Below, one piece after another: positions 13,320 to 24,771 of a stretch of 64,000 bases of DNA (position 1 is the first letter of the stretch; each line of letters begins with the position of its first letter). A program made the position numbers and the translations under genes. Below the pieces are notes generated by a model that was not told where the DNA came from, made no database searches, and saw only the letters and a program-made list of their open reading frames with translations. This stretch comes from Selaginella moellendorffii (taxonomy: Eukaryota; Plantae; Lycopodiophyta). Location of the stretch: assembly GCF_000143415.4 (NCBI RefSeq), contig NW_003314261.1:1626117-1690116 (forward strand), in the 5' to 3' direction.

Positions 13320-14460
13320 CTGTAGATGGACACATTTCCTATGTCTAGCTACTCTTTCGTATCCTAGATTGAAACATATGGTTGTATGTGCTTCTTTGGC
13401 TATCGAAGGTTTTTTCTTCCATCAGGAGAATGGATTGATCAAACTTGAGGCTCATGGATTCGAATCAATTGGTAAGCTTTTTTTCTTATTCTCAGCTAAA
13501 ACATTCACTATAGATACAAAGGTTGTGAGGGTGTTTGAGGCTCCCACCACATTTCTAGACACGCTCGATCTTCTCACAAGCTTGAGTAGTAACGAGGAGG
13601 CTAGGCACGGGATCCAAATCCTGGGAGCAAAAATGTCCACACTCGCCTTGTCTAAAAAACCAATGCACACAGAAGGTTTGAGAAAAGAATGGTTCGCTGT
13701 TGCAGCCGATGCAAACCAGAATTCCTATCGTCTAGTGACACCAATTACCTTGATGCTCACTCATTCCATGGGAAAAAAAACCTATAGTCAATCACATAGC
13801 ACACTGGAGATATAAGTTAGGTACTTCACTAATTTTCTTATTGACTACCCTTACGAACTCAGGCATGTCTATGGTGCATAAGGTAACGATAAAAAACAAG
13901 AAAACTATTTGTAAGTAGAAAACTTAAGCATTCCTTTGCAGTTTGCAGTTAATCTTTGTCTCCCAGGACTGTCTTCTTTGGCATCTGCGTCCTGTGAAGA
14001 TCATCAAAGGCGCATGTCTCTAGAAGCTCTTCAGCACCAGAAACTCTGTCCAGTCGATTGTGCGAATCTCCTATGGATCCTAGCGACAATGACGAGTGTA
14101 AGTTGTTCTATTCTCTTTTGCTTCATTTTCAGTTTTTTTTCTCTCAAGAAGGTACCATCTCTATCATTGAGGCAGCTGAAGGCATCCTTGCGTGTCATGG
14201 ACAAATATGCGTTTCCAGACGATGAGAAGCAAGTTCCTTAATGTTCAATTTATTTCTTTTTCTTTGTTGCCGAGTTGTTTCTTTGGAGCGATGATACAAG
14301 TGTAAGTTCTTGTCAGCTTTGTTTCTTTTAGATCATTGCTACATTCTCAGAAGACGAGATATACTCAAGAAGAAGCTACCCAAGCTTATGACATTACTGC
14401 TGCCTCAACATGCTTGAACGAGATCAACAGCATGGTTGCAACGCTTCCAGGATGAGGAGC
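13320..14460 (+). pseudogene. Unidentified spliced gene remnant
   Basis: Several gtaag/gttag...cag segments of typical intron length separate short open frames (13369-13815, 13936-14241). No continuous ORF and no family recognised. Confidence 0.3.
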
Positions 14461-14711
14461 ACCAGTGATTAAAAGTGGAAATTACAAGCCAAAATTCCTA
14501 GAAAATAAAAGCATTGTTGCTAATTATAATGCTTTTTTAAATAAAATTTAAAAAAAAACAAACGATGCCATTCCAAGTTTTCCAAGGACACGTGGACGGA
14601 TGGGGTTCGACGATAACGCTGGGCCATCGAGGCCGCTCTTACATGCTGCGTCTAAAGCCCGGGGCCTCGCCACTCTTTCTCCTCGTCGAGGCGCTCATAC
14701 CCTAGGCGGCC

Positions 14712-16591
14712 ATGGCGATGGCTCCCCACGCACCAGCGGCGTCGGCATTCCTCGCCCAGTCGGAGCTCGTCCCAGCTCGCGATCTCGCCGCGCTTGGAGG
14801 AGGAGGAGGAGCTTCTTCGAATTCCCCGCTGCCGCCCGCGGGTCGCCTCAAGATCGGTGAGTTCTTCATGCAATGCATGCTGGAAATTTCGGGCTTTTGA
14901 TCGATCCCCACTGCCAGGCCGCGCTAGAAAATGCCGTGCCATGGCGTCGGCGGCCACCGCCGCGGCTCCAAAGCGCGAGACCGATCCGAAGAAGAGGGTG
15001 GTGATCACGGGAATGGGACTCGTCTCGGTGTTTGGAAACGATGTGGACACGTACTACGACAAGCTCCTGGATGGGCAGAGTGGAGTCGGGCTGATCGATC
15101 GCTTCGATGCCTCCCAGTTCCCTACCAAGTTTGCGGCACAGATTCGTGACTTCTCGGCGAAAGGCTACATTGATGGCAAGAACGATCGCCGGCTGGATGA
15201 CTGCCTCAGGTATGGAATTGTTGGTGGAAAGAGAGCTCTGGAGCACGCTGATCTTGGAGGAGACAAGCTCGATAAGGTAGCAAACCTCGCTCTTTTGTTC
15301 TTGTTTTCTAAAGGAGCAATTTTTCTTACCAGGTTGACAAGCAAAGAGTGGGCGTACTCATTGGATCCGGAATGGGAGGGCTCTCGGTTTTCTCTGATGG
15401 AGTCCAGTCGCTGATCGAGAAGGGATATAGACGGATCACTCCGTTTTTCATTCCTTACTCGATTACCAACATGGCGTCGGCATTGCTGGCTATAGAGCTG
15501 GGACTTATGGGACCAAACTACTCGATTTCTACTGCCTGTGCCACCTCGAATTACTGCTTCTATGCGGCAGCAAACTCTATTCGTAGAGGTGAAGCTGACG
15601 TGATGGTGGCCGGAGGCACCGAAGCAGCGATCATTCCAGTCGGCTTGGGTGGCTTTGTTGCATGCAGAGCGTTGTCGCAACGCAACTCCGATCCACAGAC
15701 CGCGTCGAGGCCGTGGGACAAAGGCCGAGAAGGATTTGTCATGGGTGAAGGCTCTGGAGTTTTGGTAAGTTCCGTGATGCTTTCTGTACTCGGTGATCGA
15801 TTATAAGCTCTCTTTGCAGGTGATGGAGAGCCTAGAGCATGCCATGAAGCGTGGAGCGCCAATCTATGGCGAGTATCTTGGTGGTGCGGTAACTTGCGAC
15901 GCTCACCACATGACAGATCCTCGGGCGGATGGTCTGGGCGTGTCAACTTGCATCTCGAAAAGCCTCGAAGATGCGGGAGTTTCTCCCGAGGAGGTAAAAG
16001 ACATTTCTTTTTTGTTTCTTATAAGACATTTCGCCATTTTTTTGTCGCCTGCGACTTTGTCCAGGTAAATTACATCAATGCTCATGCTACTTCAACGGTG
16101 GTCGGCGACTTGGCCGAGATCAATGCCATCAAGAAGGTCTTCAGCGAATCCAGCGACATAAAGATAAATGCAACAAAGGTTAGTAGCATATCGTATTCTT
16201 GCAGATACGTTATCAGAAATCTATTTGATGCAGTCTATGATCGGCCACTGTCTTGGGGCCGCTGGTGGACTGGAGGCGATTGCCGTGATCAAAGCCATTA
16301 CCACTGGCTGGCTCCATCCTTCAATCAACCAATTCGTAAGCTTTTGCTGCTACTTAAGTTAAGCACTACCTCGTTTTTCTCCTTCGTCTAGGACCCAGAG
16401 CCCTCCGTGCCATTTGATCGCGTCGCAAACGTGAAGAAACAGCACGAAGTAAACGTTGGTAAGTCGCAATTTGTGTTTTTCTCTCTCTCGAAGCTAGTGT
16501 GCTCACGCTCAAATTTTGTGCAGCTATTTCGAACTCGTTTGGATTCGGTGGACACAATTCCGTTGTTGTCTTCGCTCCATTCAAGCCTTGA
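14712..16591 (+). CDS. KASI: 3-ketoacyl-ACP synthase I, plastid (multi-exon)
   Basis: Transit-peptide-like N-terminus; APKRETDPKKRVVITGMGLVSVFGNDVD; catalytic Cys in YSISTACATSN; YINAHATST; SMIGHCLGAAG; ISNSFGFGGHNS...FAPFKP*. Confidence 0.96.
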
Positions 16592-16975
16592 ACGCTAAGA
16601 ACCTGAAAAAAAAAAAGAGAGGGGAGGATCGCACGGCTGCTCGCAGCAAGCTTCATTTTTGTTAGAGAACAGACCGATGACAGCAGAATAAAGAGCGGAT
16701 AAATTCTTTGAAAGATCCGGTAATCGACGCGAGAGGCAAAATTGCCAGAAATCTTCCTTCGAGGTATCGAAATCCCTTCGTGACTGTGCGAAGACGCGAA
16801 CGGAACTTGCAAAGGCTCGGGACAAGAAATTGGCTGCCCTGCGTGTTGTTACGGTAGTATAGATTTTGTGAGGAGGATCTCTTTGAGAATTTTGCCACCT
16901 TTAGGTGAATCACCGAATGAGCTGATGATAGCACGTCAAGAACTAGTTTTCGTTTAGGTTATTAGAGCGAAGAAA

Positions 16976-18373
16976 ATGCCGCTCTTTGACGCGCACTGCC
17001 ACTTGCATGATCCGCGAGTGGCGCACTGTGTGCCGCAGCTCATCCAATCTGCCGCAGACGCTGGAGTGCGCTGGTTTGCGGTGAATGGCACCTCCGAGGT
17101 AAATCCATCTCTAGTTTCTCGTCGTTGGATAAGAATCTGTTCATTTCTAGGAGGATTGGAAGACAGTCAAGACGCTGGGCGAGAGCCACTCATCCGTGAT
17201 TCCGAACTATGGCCTCCATCCATGGTATTCTTCTTTAGATTCTCTCTGTGGAGCGAAAATTCTAGTCACTGCTGAGCTCTCTTTCTTGCCTTATTCTTTG
17301 CGGGACTGCTTGCTCTAAAGTTTTAGAAGAATTCTGTCGAGTTCTAAAAAAGCACACTGTTCTTCGTGAAATGGTATCAAAACAATTTCTTGCTTGGCGT
17401 TTGCAGGTATGTCAGCTCTCGATCATCGGACTGGCTGTCAAATCTAAAGTCGATGCTTTCTTCGGATCCTTCCGCTGCTGTGGGAGAGGTATAACTTGTT
17501 CTTGATGACGAAGTTTTTCCTTGTAGAAAACGTTTGCCGGTTTGTCAAGGTGGGGCTTGACATGGGAACCCGTGGAAGGCAAACTGACGAAAGCACTCAG
17601 GTGCGCTCTTTCCTTCGAAGACTTTTCTTGTTTCTTAGAATCTGGTGAAACCAGATTGAAGTTTTAAAGCAGCAACTTGAGCTAGCTCGAGAAATTCATC
17701 GGCCGGTGTCTGTGCACTGCGTCCGGGCATTCGGACAGCTTCAACATCTTCTCAAGTAAGAATTCTTTCCTTTTCTCCCTCGTCGTTTGCTTCTCTACGT
17801 TGAGCTATTATACGTCAAAACAGGGAGATGGGCGATTTCCCCGATGGCGTCATTTTGCACTCGTTTCTCGGTACAGCCGAGATGGTGAAGCCCCTTGCAA
17901 GGCACGGCTGCTACTTTTCCTTCTCCGGCTTCCTAACGAGCATGAAAGAACAAAAAGCAAGGAAAATGCTAGCAGAAGTAAGTTCTTTATAAGCCATTTT
18001 CTTCTACATGTTTATGTTTACCTCGAGCTCAGGTGCCAATGGATCGAATTCTTCTGGAAACAGACGCTCCCGACGCGCTCCCTGTTGTGGATTCCAGCAT
18101 GCTCTCCTGGATCCCAGACGATCCTGCGGGATCTCCAGCCGACGAGAGCCTGGAGGAGACTAAACGGCTTGCACAGTCGAAAGCTCTAAACCATCCTACC
18201 AACATACTCTCGGTAAGAGCAAGTAAAACATCACAGGCCATGTCTATGTATATACTTTTCAGGTGCTTTCATGGGTTTCTCAACTCAAGGGCCTCTCGAA
18301 AGACGAGCTCTCAGCTGCCAGCTTCAAGAATGCCAAACGTGTATTTAGTTACGAGGGTTCCAAAGTAAATTAA
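16976..18373 (+). CDS. TatD-family DNase (multi-exon)
   Basis: FDAHCHL, GLHPW, AVGE|VGLD, PVSVHCVRAF, ILHSF, RILLETDAPD, NHPTNI motifs; introns join in frame. Confidence 0.93.
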
Positions 18374-19114
18374 AGAAAAAAAGAAGAAAAAACCAAAACA
18401 AATGCACAATAAAGGTATTATTCTTTTTTTCTCAGTTTCTCTAACCATACCTTAATAAATTTAGTGTAAATTATTATTTATTTATATTTTTAATAACTTT
18501 ATTTAGCATTTAAAAAAGTTTTGAATTGTAGTTTTTCCTAATTAATTTGTATTTTAAATAATTTTTTATAATTTTTTTTTACTAATTTATAAAAGAATTG
18601 ATAATAATGAGTGAAAAAAAATTTATTCATTTCTAATATTTATATTGATTGTTACTTTGAATACATATGTAAAGGTGCTAAGAAGTTACAGACCAAGAGT
18701 GGAGATAAAGTTTTTGTGAGCTGAAGTGTTTCCAAGTGGTTTTGCATTATATTTTATTTAGAGAATGTATGTTATGAAATTAAAAAATAATTTTAATTAT
18801 AATTAAAATTTAAATATTAATGGTAAGGCATTATAAATTATATAAAGTTATTTTTAACATCAGATGAAATTTTTATATTTATGATAATTGTTGGAAATAA
18901 AAGTGGAATAATTTTTTTTCTTGCCTATAAATTACTTATATTTAATATGTCACTCTTAATTTTTCTTTATTGTAGCATACTATTAAAAAATATAATAGCA
19001 TGAAATATATTAATAATTATAATTCTGCTTTGGAGTGGTTGAGTATGTTAATTATCCTTAATTTAATATTTAACTCGTTCAGGCTTGCCTTTTTTTACTA
19101 GTCGAGCCATGCTA

Positions 19115-19211
19115 GCCGATTCAAGCGGATGACATTGTCAGGTTAGGGCGGCACATCTGTTAAAAGATAACACAAGTGTCCTAAGATGAGCTCAACGAGA
19201 ACAAAAATCTC
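19115..19211 (+). pseudogene. Degenerate 25S/26S rRNA gene fragment (not a functional rRNA gene)
   Basis: gacattgtcagg-(del)-gggcggcacatctgttaaaagataacacaagtgtcctaagatgagctcaacgagaacaaaaatctc matches conserved plant LSU rRNA (GACATTGTCAGGTGGGGAGTTTGGCTGGGGCGGCACATCTGTTAAAAGATAACGCAGGTGTCCTAAGATGAGCTCAACGAGAACAGAAATCTC) with G>A changes and a deletion. Confidence 0.88.
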
Positions 19212-19499
19212 ACCTATCTTTATCGTCCCGCTCTAGCACCTCCACAAATCATCAAGTGTGGCAAATAAATTTCTAGAGTCATGTACCAAGAGGAAATACA
19301 ACAATTTGAAACTTTGACAACAGCAGGTAAATCTTTTGATCCTTCTGCTCATCAATGAATGGCTTGATTGTATTGATATTTTCTTCCGCAAACTAGCAAA
19401 AGAAAGCAATACCTGTCAAAGTAGTAAAACAGCTGTAAACAATTCTACTGAAGCAAAAAAAGAGCAGCGTTTTACCCAATGGGTTGAATGACACCCAAA

Positions 19500-19790
19500 G
19501 AGCTGCACCCCGATGAACAATATCATCCAGTAAGTCAGGTTGATGCCCTTGCATTTATGGACGTCGAGCTCTTTGCATTCGTCCAAGAGTGAGTAGACGT
19601 GCTCGAGGGAATTTGCCCCGGCGACGATGTAAACCTTGTCAATTCCCACTTGGGCGATGGCCTGGAGCGGAGCGATGAGCCAGAATCCGAGATGATGTCC
19701 CAGGACGTGCTGTCCCAGCTCGTGGTATCGATCGAACCGGCGGCCATGTTCAGTCTCGTGCATTTCAATCAGTATAGCAGAGTATGCGTC
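19500..19790 (-). pseudogene. Lysine-histidine transporter (LHT)-like amino acid permease fragment
   Basis: LIEMHETEHGRRFDRYHELGQHVLG..LGFWLIAPLQ..QVGID.VYIVAGANSL...LTYWMILF matches an internal LHT segment; the rest of the gene is absent. Confidence 0.85.
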
Positions 19791-20423
19791 GGGTGCAGCC
19801 ATCACCAAACTTGGTTCTCTTTGGATCCAACTTTTCTAGTCGTTACTAGCGGTTTTTTTCCTTTCTTTCCTGCCTTGATTGGCTGACTTCTTGCTCTAGA
19901 GTTTGTAGAGTTTCTCTAGGTAGAAGAATTTCTGTCAAAAGCACAAAGCTTTTTCTTGCTTCTCGATCATGGGACCGGCTGTCCTAAAGTCGGTTGCTTA
20001 CGTGTCGGCATCCTTTTAAACTTTCAGGTGGATATTTCAGAGATCCATGGTATTCTGGTATGTCTTCAGCCTCGATATCACTGATGCTCACGTCAATTTT
20101 TACGAGTTCGTGAAGCTCTTTTTCCGAGAACTATCTCACAATGGTGAGTCCTGCTTGAATCTCGATTACTTGTTCTTTTCAGCGCCCCCCAATCAAATCT
20201 ACACAGATTTTGTGGTTCAATTCACTATACATCGAAAGTTGTTTCATATATTACCTTTCAAGACGGGCTCCTCTAACATCGTACACCTGGATGACAGGTT
20301 TGCATTTTATTTCTAATGTTTATTTTTTACACTGTTTGTAGAGAATGCTATTCCTTGTCATGCATGGTATAAATATAGCGAGGGTATTAAATGATATCCC
20401 AATCATGATCTTTCTTTTGGATT

Positions 20424-20615
20424 CGCTTGGGAGTTTGGCACCGTTCCTTCGTTCAGTGGCCCAAGGCCCTGAACCTCGGGTTCCTGTGGACACGTGGCAT
20501 GTGACACGTGGCATCTGTCACGTGGCACAAAGAGGGTTTAGGTTCCGCTTCGTGGTGTTATCCTATGGTAAATCACCATAGGATAAAGGGTCAAAACCAC
20601 GTGCGCTACATATAC
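20424..20615. repeat. Dispersed repeat with G-box triplet and 12-bp hairpin; second copy at 61351-61550
   Basis: gcttgggagttt...cacgtggcatgtgacacgtggcatctgtcacgtggca...ttatcctatggt-aaatc-accataggataa-agggtcaaaaccacgtgcgctacatata aligns with 61351-61550. Confidence 0.85.
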
Positions 20616-20714
20616 TCACCACACGAACTGGGCTGCATGCTATGTCGATCGGGCTGAGAGCCTCGGCACACAATGTGTTAGGCACTAGATCAGGATAATA
20701 GGATAAATAAAGGG

Positions 20715-20832
20715 TTTAGCTAGTTGGCTTAGGGTGTAAGGGATAACCCTACAATCAAGTGATCACCCCTTTAGCTAGTTGGCTTAGGGTGTAAGGGATA
20801 GCCCTACAATCAAGTGATCACCCCTTTAGCTA
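20715..20832. repeat. 55-bp tandem duplication
   Basis: tttagctagttggcttagggtgtaagggata(a/g)ccctacaatcaagtgatcacccc at 20715-20769 and 20770-20824, plus a partial tttagcta. Confidence 0.95.
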
Positions 20833-21507
20833 TTTCTTCGGACGCTGCTGTTGGAAAGGTGTGACATAGAAAACGTTTTTGCGACAGGGTGGTGCGCTCT
20901 TTCCTTCCAAGAGTTTTATAAGTCTTAAAGCAGCAACTTGAGCTTCATCTGCCGGTGTCTATGCGCTGTGTCCGGGCATTGGCAACATCTTCTCAAGAAA
21001 CTCTTGCTATTCTTTGTTTTCTTTTGTCACTCGCTATTTTACGTCAAAAGGGAGAGATAACAGGGAGATCGGAGATTTCCCCGATGGCATAATTTTGCAC
21101 TCGTTTCTCAGTAGAGCCGAGATGTTGAAGCCCTTTGTAAGGCAAGGCTGCTACTTCTTCTTCTTCGGCTTTTTAACGAGTATGAAGAAAGAAAAAGCAA
21201 GGAAAATGCTGGCAGAATTAAGTTCTCTATAAGCTATTTTGTTCGATAAGTTTATGTTCACCTTGAGCTCAAGTGCCAATGGATTGGAAACCGACGCGGC
21301 TCGTACGTCAGACGATCCCGCGGGATGAGCGCCTAGACGAAACTAAACGGCTTGCATACTCTCGGTAAGATAAAGGAAAGCATCGAAGTATATGTACAAG
21401 GCGCGCGCCTTCAAATGTGTATTTATCAAAGAAACACCTAGCATACTAATCTCCGTCAACTTTTCGTCCCTTCACAGAGGAAATGGTTACATGGTATTAC
21501 ACGTTCT

Positions 21508-24308
21508 TTAAAAGCTTCTAAATCGTCCAGTGTCTCTTATGGCTTTTGTGCTTCTACCGTTCTCCGAATGGCGATCCTCGTTCTCTGTTCGTCGTATGAG
21601 AGATCTTTGGATTTCTACCGCGTGATTGTCGGAAGAGTGATTCTGGTCCACTGTCCACAAGAGTAAATTTTTCTTAGCATGACCGGCGATAGCAGAGATT
21701 GTGACTTACCAGCGTCAAAAAGACCAAAGTCCTCATCATCAACGTGGCTCGTGAAAATTGGCTTGAGAAAGTTTTTGTCGAAGGCTGTGAAAGGCGAGCT
21801 GTGAAAGAAAATGGTCAGCACAAACTATAGGGAAGTTAACAGTCTTTCCTTACGTTAGATATCTCGAGCTTGTCGGGCTATGAAGCTCCAAATTATTGTC
21901 GTTTCCAACCTGCGCATAAAAGAGGCCCTTTCTTCCAATCTAAATAGTGAAAGGCAGCTCACCTCTACATTTAGAGCCGCATAATCATCCCCAACGACTT
22001 CCAGCTTTTCCAGCATTGTTGATGTTGAGCCTCCAATGAAGAGGACCTATGAAGATTGCTGAATTTCGTAGGAAAAACGCGAAATAGACATACCGTGACA
22101 ACGACAATAGCTGTTGTAGTGGTGAATATCGTCTCACCATTAGATTTTGTTGGTAAATCACGCTTGCTCTGCAAAGCCAACCCGAACGCCATGGCGCCTC
22201 GCAAGCCTATCAATAAAAACCATCACTTAAGATCACAATTGCCGTGCTTAACAGCTCCGTACCGCTAAACCAAAGCGCCTTCTGATGCTTGAGAGGTATT
22301 TTCCTTGCAACAGGCCGGATCAAGTTGATCAAATATGCGCAAGGAAACACGTTAGCTGCTCTGGAAAAACAATAGCATTAGCAATGCAAAATCTTCCACG
22401 AGAAATACCTTGCTGCCAGGATAAACACCTGCAGGTGCCCTCTCAGTCAAGGAACACGTCCAAGAATAAATAGAAAAACGAGAAAGGATACAATAGAGAA
22501 AAAGATGAACCCCACGTGAGACCAGGTATGGCTTTCGGTCGCAATATCCAGGCCCATGTAGATGAACCTGAAATTAAGGGTAAAACTCGGAGAAATATAA
22601 GGAGGACTCACAAAAATGTTTCTGCCAAAGACGAGATTAATTGGAAAAATCCTCGCGTAAAAGCTTGAGCAGGTTCAGACAGGTTTTGAAACGCATAATG
22701 CTTCATGAGCTGCTAGAAGGCATTAGAGGTGAAACCTAAAGACCACAAACTCACAATGCCACAAAAGAGAATGGCTATGATTCCCGAAAGTCCAAGCCCT
22801 TCCGCTAGCATGAACCTGGAAAACAAGCATAGGATCTTGTGTAATGCTGGAAAAAAAAACTTACGAAAAGTACGGGAAAAGGACGAACAGACAGCATTCC
22901 AGATTATGAAGGCTGCAGCACAAAAGCCCAATATTTAGAATGTAAATCTCTTCAACAAGTATACTACCTGTTGACAGAAAGCCCAGCGTACTTGAATAAG
23001 TGTTCTGCTGTCAAGGACTTGACACATAAAAAGAAAGAAAACAAACGATTTCCAAGGATATCAAAGCGCAGCATAATGCGACAACAACACCTGTAAAATC
23101 AACAGCATAAGGCAGAGACACGAATCAAGCAAACTAACCTGTTCCCATCGATCCTACGAACGTCTGCAAAAAGCTCGAAACAGCAACCGTGAAGCTGTAG
23201 TTTGCGGAAGGATCATGCCAAAACTTCATTAACGTCCTGCATTCAACTGTAACTAAAGTCCCGGAAATTTTGTGAAGACGACTTACTTGTAAAGAGCAAT
23301 AGCCATCTGCGCAAAATCAGAAATAAGATAGAAACATTAGAGAATGGGTCCAAGCCTGACTAACTTACAGCATCATTCAAGACAGACTCTCCAAAGACAA
23401 GAGCATACAAGTTCATATCAGTCCCGAGCTCCTGAAAAGAGAGTCAGTTTGGACAAACTAGAAAGTAGCTATGGACATACTTGGAAGATTGCCAGTACGG
23501 TCACAGGATCGGTAGCTGAAATTAAAGAACCGAACAGCAAGCTTTCAAGGAATGAGAGTTTGTACATGAGAAAAAATAGTCCTCCAAGGAAACTGCAAAA
23601 CACACAATGTAAGTTACTCAAGCAGCACGGGTAAGCATAGTACGTACACCAAAATTCCTGTCACCATGGAGGCCACGAAAGTCCCCACAATCGCAAATAC
23701 GCAAATCGCTCCAAAGTTTGAAAAGAACGGTTTCTGGTACATCCGAGTGTCGTCAGCGCAATAGAATTTATTTTTCCCTGACGTAGAGAAGAAAGCTACT
23801 TACAGCATAAAGGTTGAAGCCTGACTGGGTGATTGTGTGTGTCAAGGATCACTAGATTTCACTGTGAACATGCTGACAAAAAGGATATAATATGATCGGC
23901 GGGAGAAGGAACAAGAAAAAGAACTCCTCGTTGAAGTTAAACCATCTCCTGCGATCGAGGATCAATGAAACTTTGCAAACAAGAGAGCAGTCCATACTTG
24001 AAACTCATCTCCTTGTTTGAGACGTTGGCGATCCCTCCCACGATGATGCCTAATTGGACGAGAATTGAGAGAGGGAAGAAAATATCGAGAAAATATCTAG
24101 AGACTCTGAGAATGCTGGCACACGAACCTATGAGCAGCGAGGCGCTGGCTTCGTGGAGATAGTAGAATTTATGGCGGCGAAGGACATGGCCGAGGACGAA
24201 GGCGAATCCGAGCATCACGATCTGCAAGAGCAAGCTGAGGCCGGCTACCTGGTGCTGCTCGATCGCGGCCTCGGAAGCCATAGCGAGCTCCTCGCCGTGC
24301 TGCGCCAT
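21508..24308 (-). CDS. NHX: Endosomal Na+/H+ antiporter, NHX5/NHX6-like (~20 exons)
   Basis: [94 protein letters not shown]; stop at 21508. Confidence 0.95.
22429..22491 (-). other. U12-type GT-AG intron in NHX
   Basis: Donor GTATCCTTT, branch TCCTTGAC, acceptor CAG; splicing gives FFSI|VFILAAR. Confidence 0.85.
23000..23061 (-). other. U12-type AT-AC intron in NHX
   Basis: Donor ATATCCTT, branch TCCTTGAC, acceptor AC; splicing gives ALCCAL|LFKYAGL. Confidence 0.9.
23829..23888 (-). other. U12-type AT-AC intron in NHX
   Basis: Donor ATATCCTTT, branch TCCTTGAC, acceptor AC; splicing restores LPPIIF|QSGF. Confidence 0.92.
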
Positions 24309-24771
24309 GGGATTGGCGATGACGCCGCGAGAGATCTTTTAGGCGCACCAAACCCTAGCTCCTCGTCGCTCCCCCATTCAAACACAAAGTTCGTGCCAAC
24401 GCGAAACACTCGGAATCAAAGCAGGGAGCTTCTCTTTAGCGTACGGAAAAACGTACGAGTCAAGCGGCGATCCCAGCCGTTGGCTATTCCGCAACGTGCC
24501 GGCATTGTAACCGTCCAGATTCCACCACTCGCCACCTGCCACGTAGCAGTTCTCCCAAATTCTGGGAAGCCGTGTATCACGAAATAAGCATAAGCGAACT
24601 CGAATCGAGAACTTATTTTTCATCAACCTGGAACAACTGAGAAAATTGTTGAGAGTTTAGTCCGTAAACCTGGAAGAATAAAAAGAAATACATACACTTG
24701 GAAGCAATAGCTTGCTTCTGGCTGTCGATTTACTCATCCTCTTTTTTCTCACTTCCGCAACCCGTGACGTT

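Larger units (their letters stand above)
19810..21430 (+). pseudogene. Partial duplicate of the neighbouring TatD gene, interrupted by an insertion at ~19996-20830
   Basis: 19810-19995 mirrors TatD intron 2/exon 3 (17222-17455); 20830-21430 mirrors 17456-18350 including intron sequence and EIGDFPDGIILHSF...KARKMLAE. Many short deletions and lost splice sites. Confidence 0.88.

Noticed and set aside
6900-14500. Conserved miRNA precursors in the long intergenic regions
   Set aside because: No match by eye to the conserved mature miRNAs I checked and no long hairpin seen; folding was not computed, so they are not excluded.
19115-19211. Functional rRNA gene
   Set aside because: About 100 nt only, mutated and internally deleted.
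20715-20832. Direct repeats as a CRISPR array
   Set aside because: Two adjacent units with no spacer; a simple tandem duplication.
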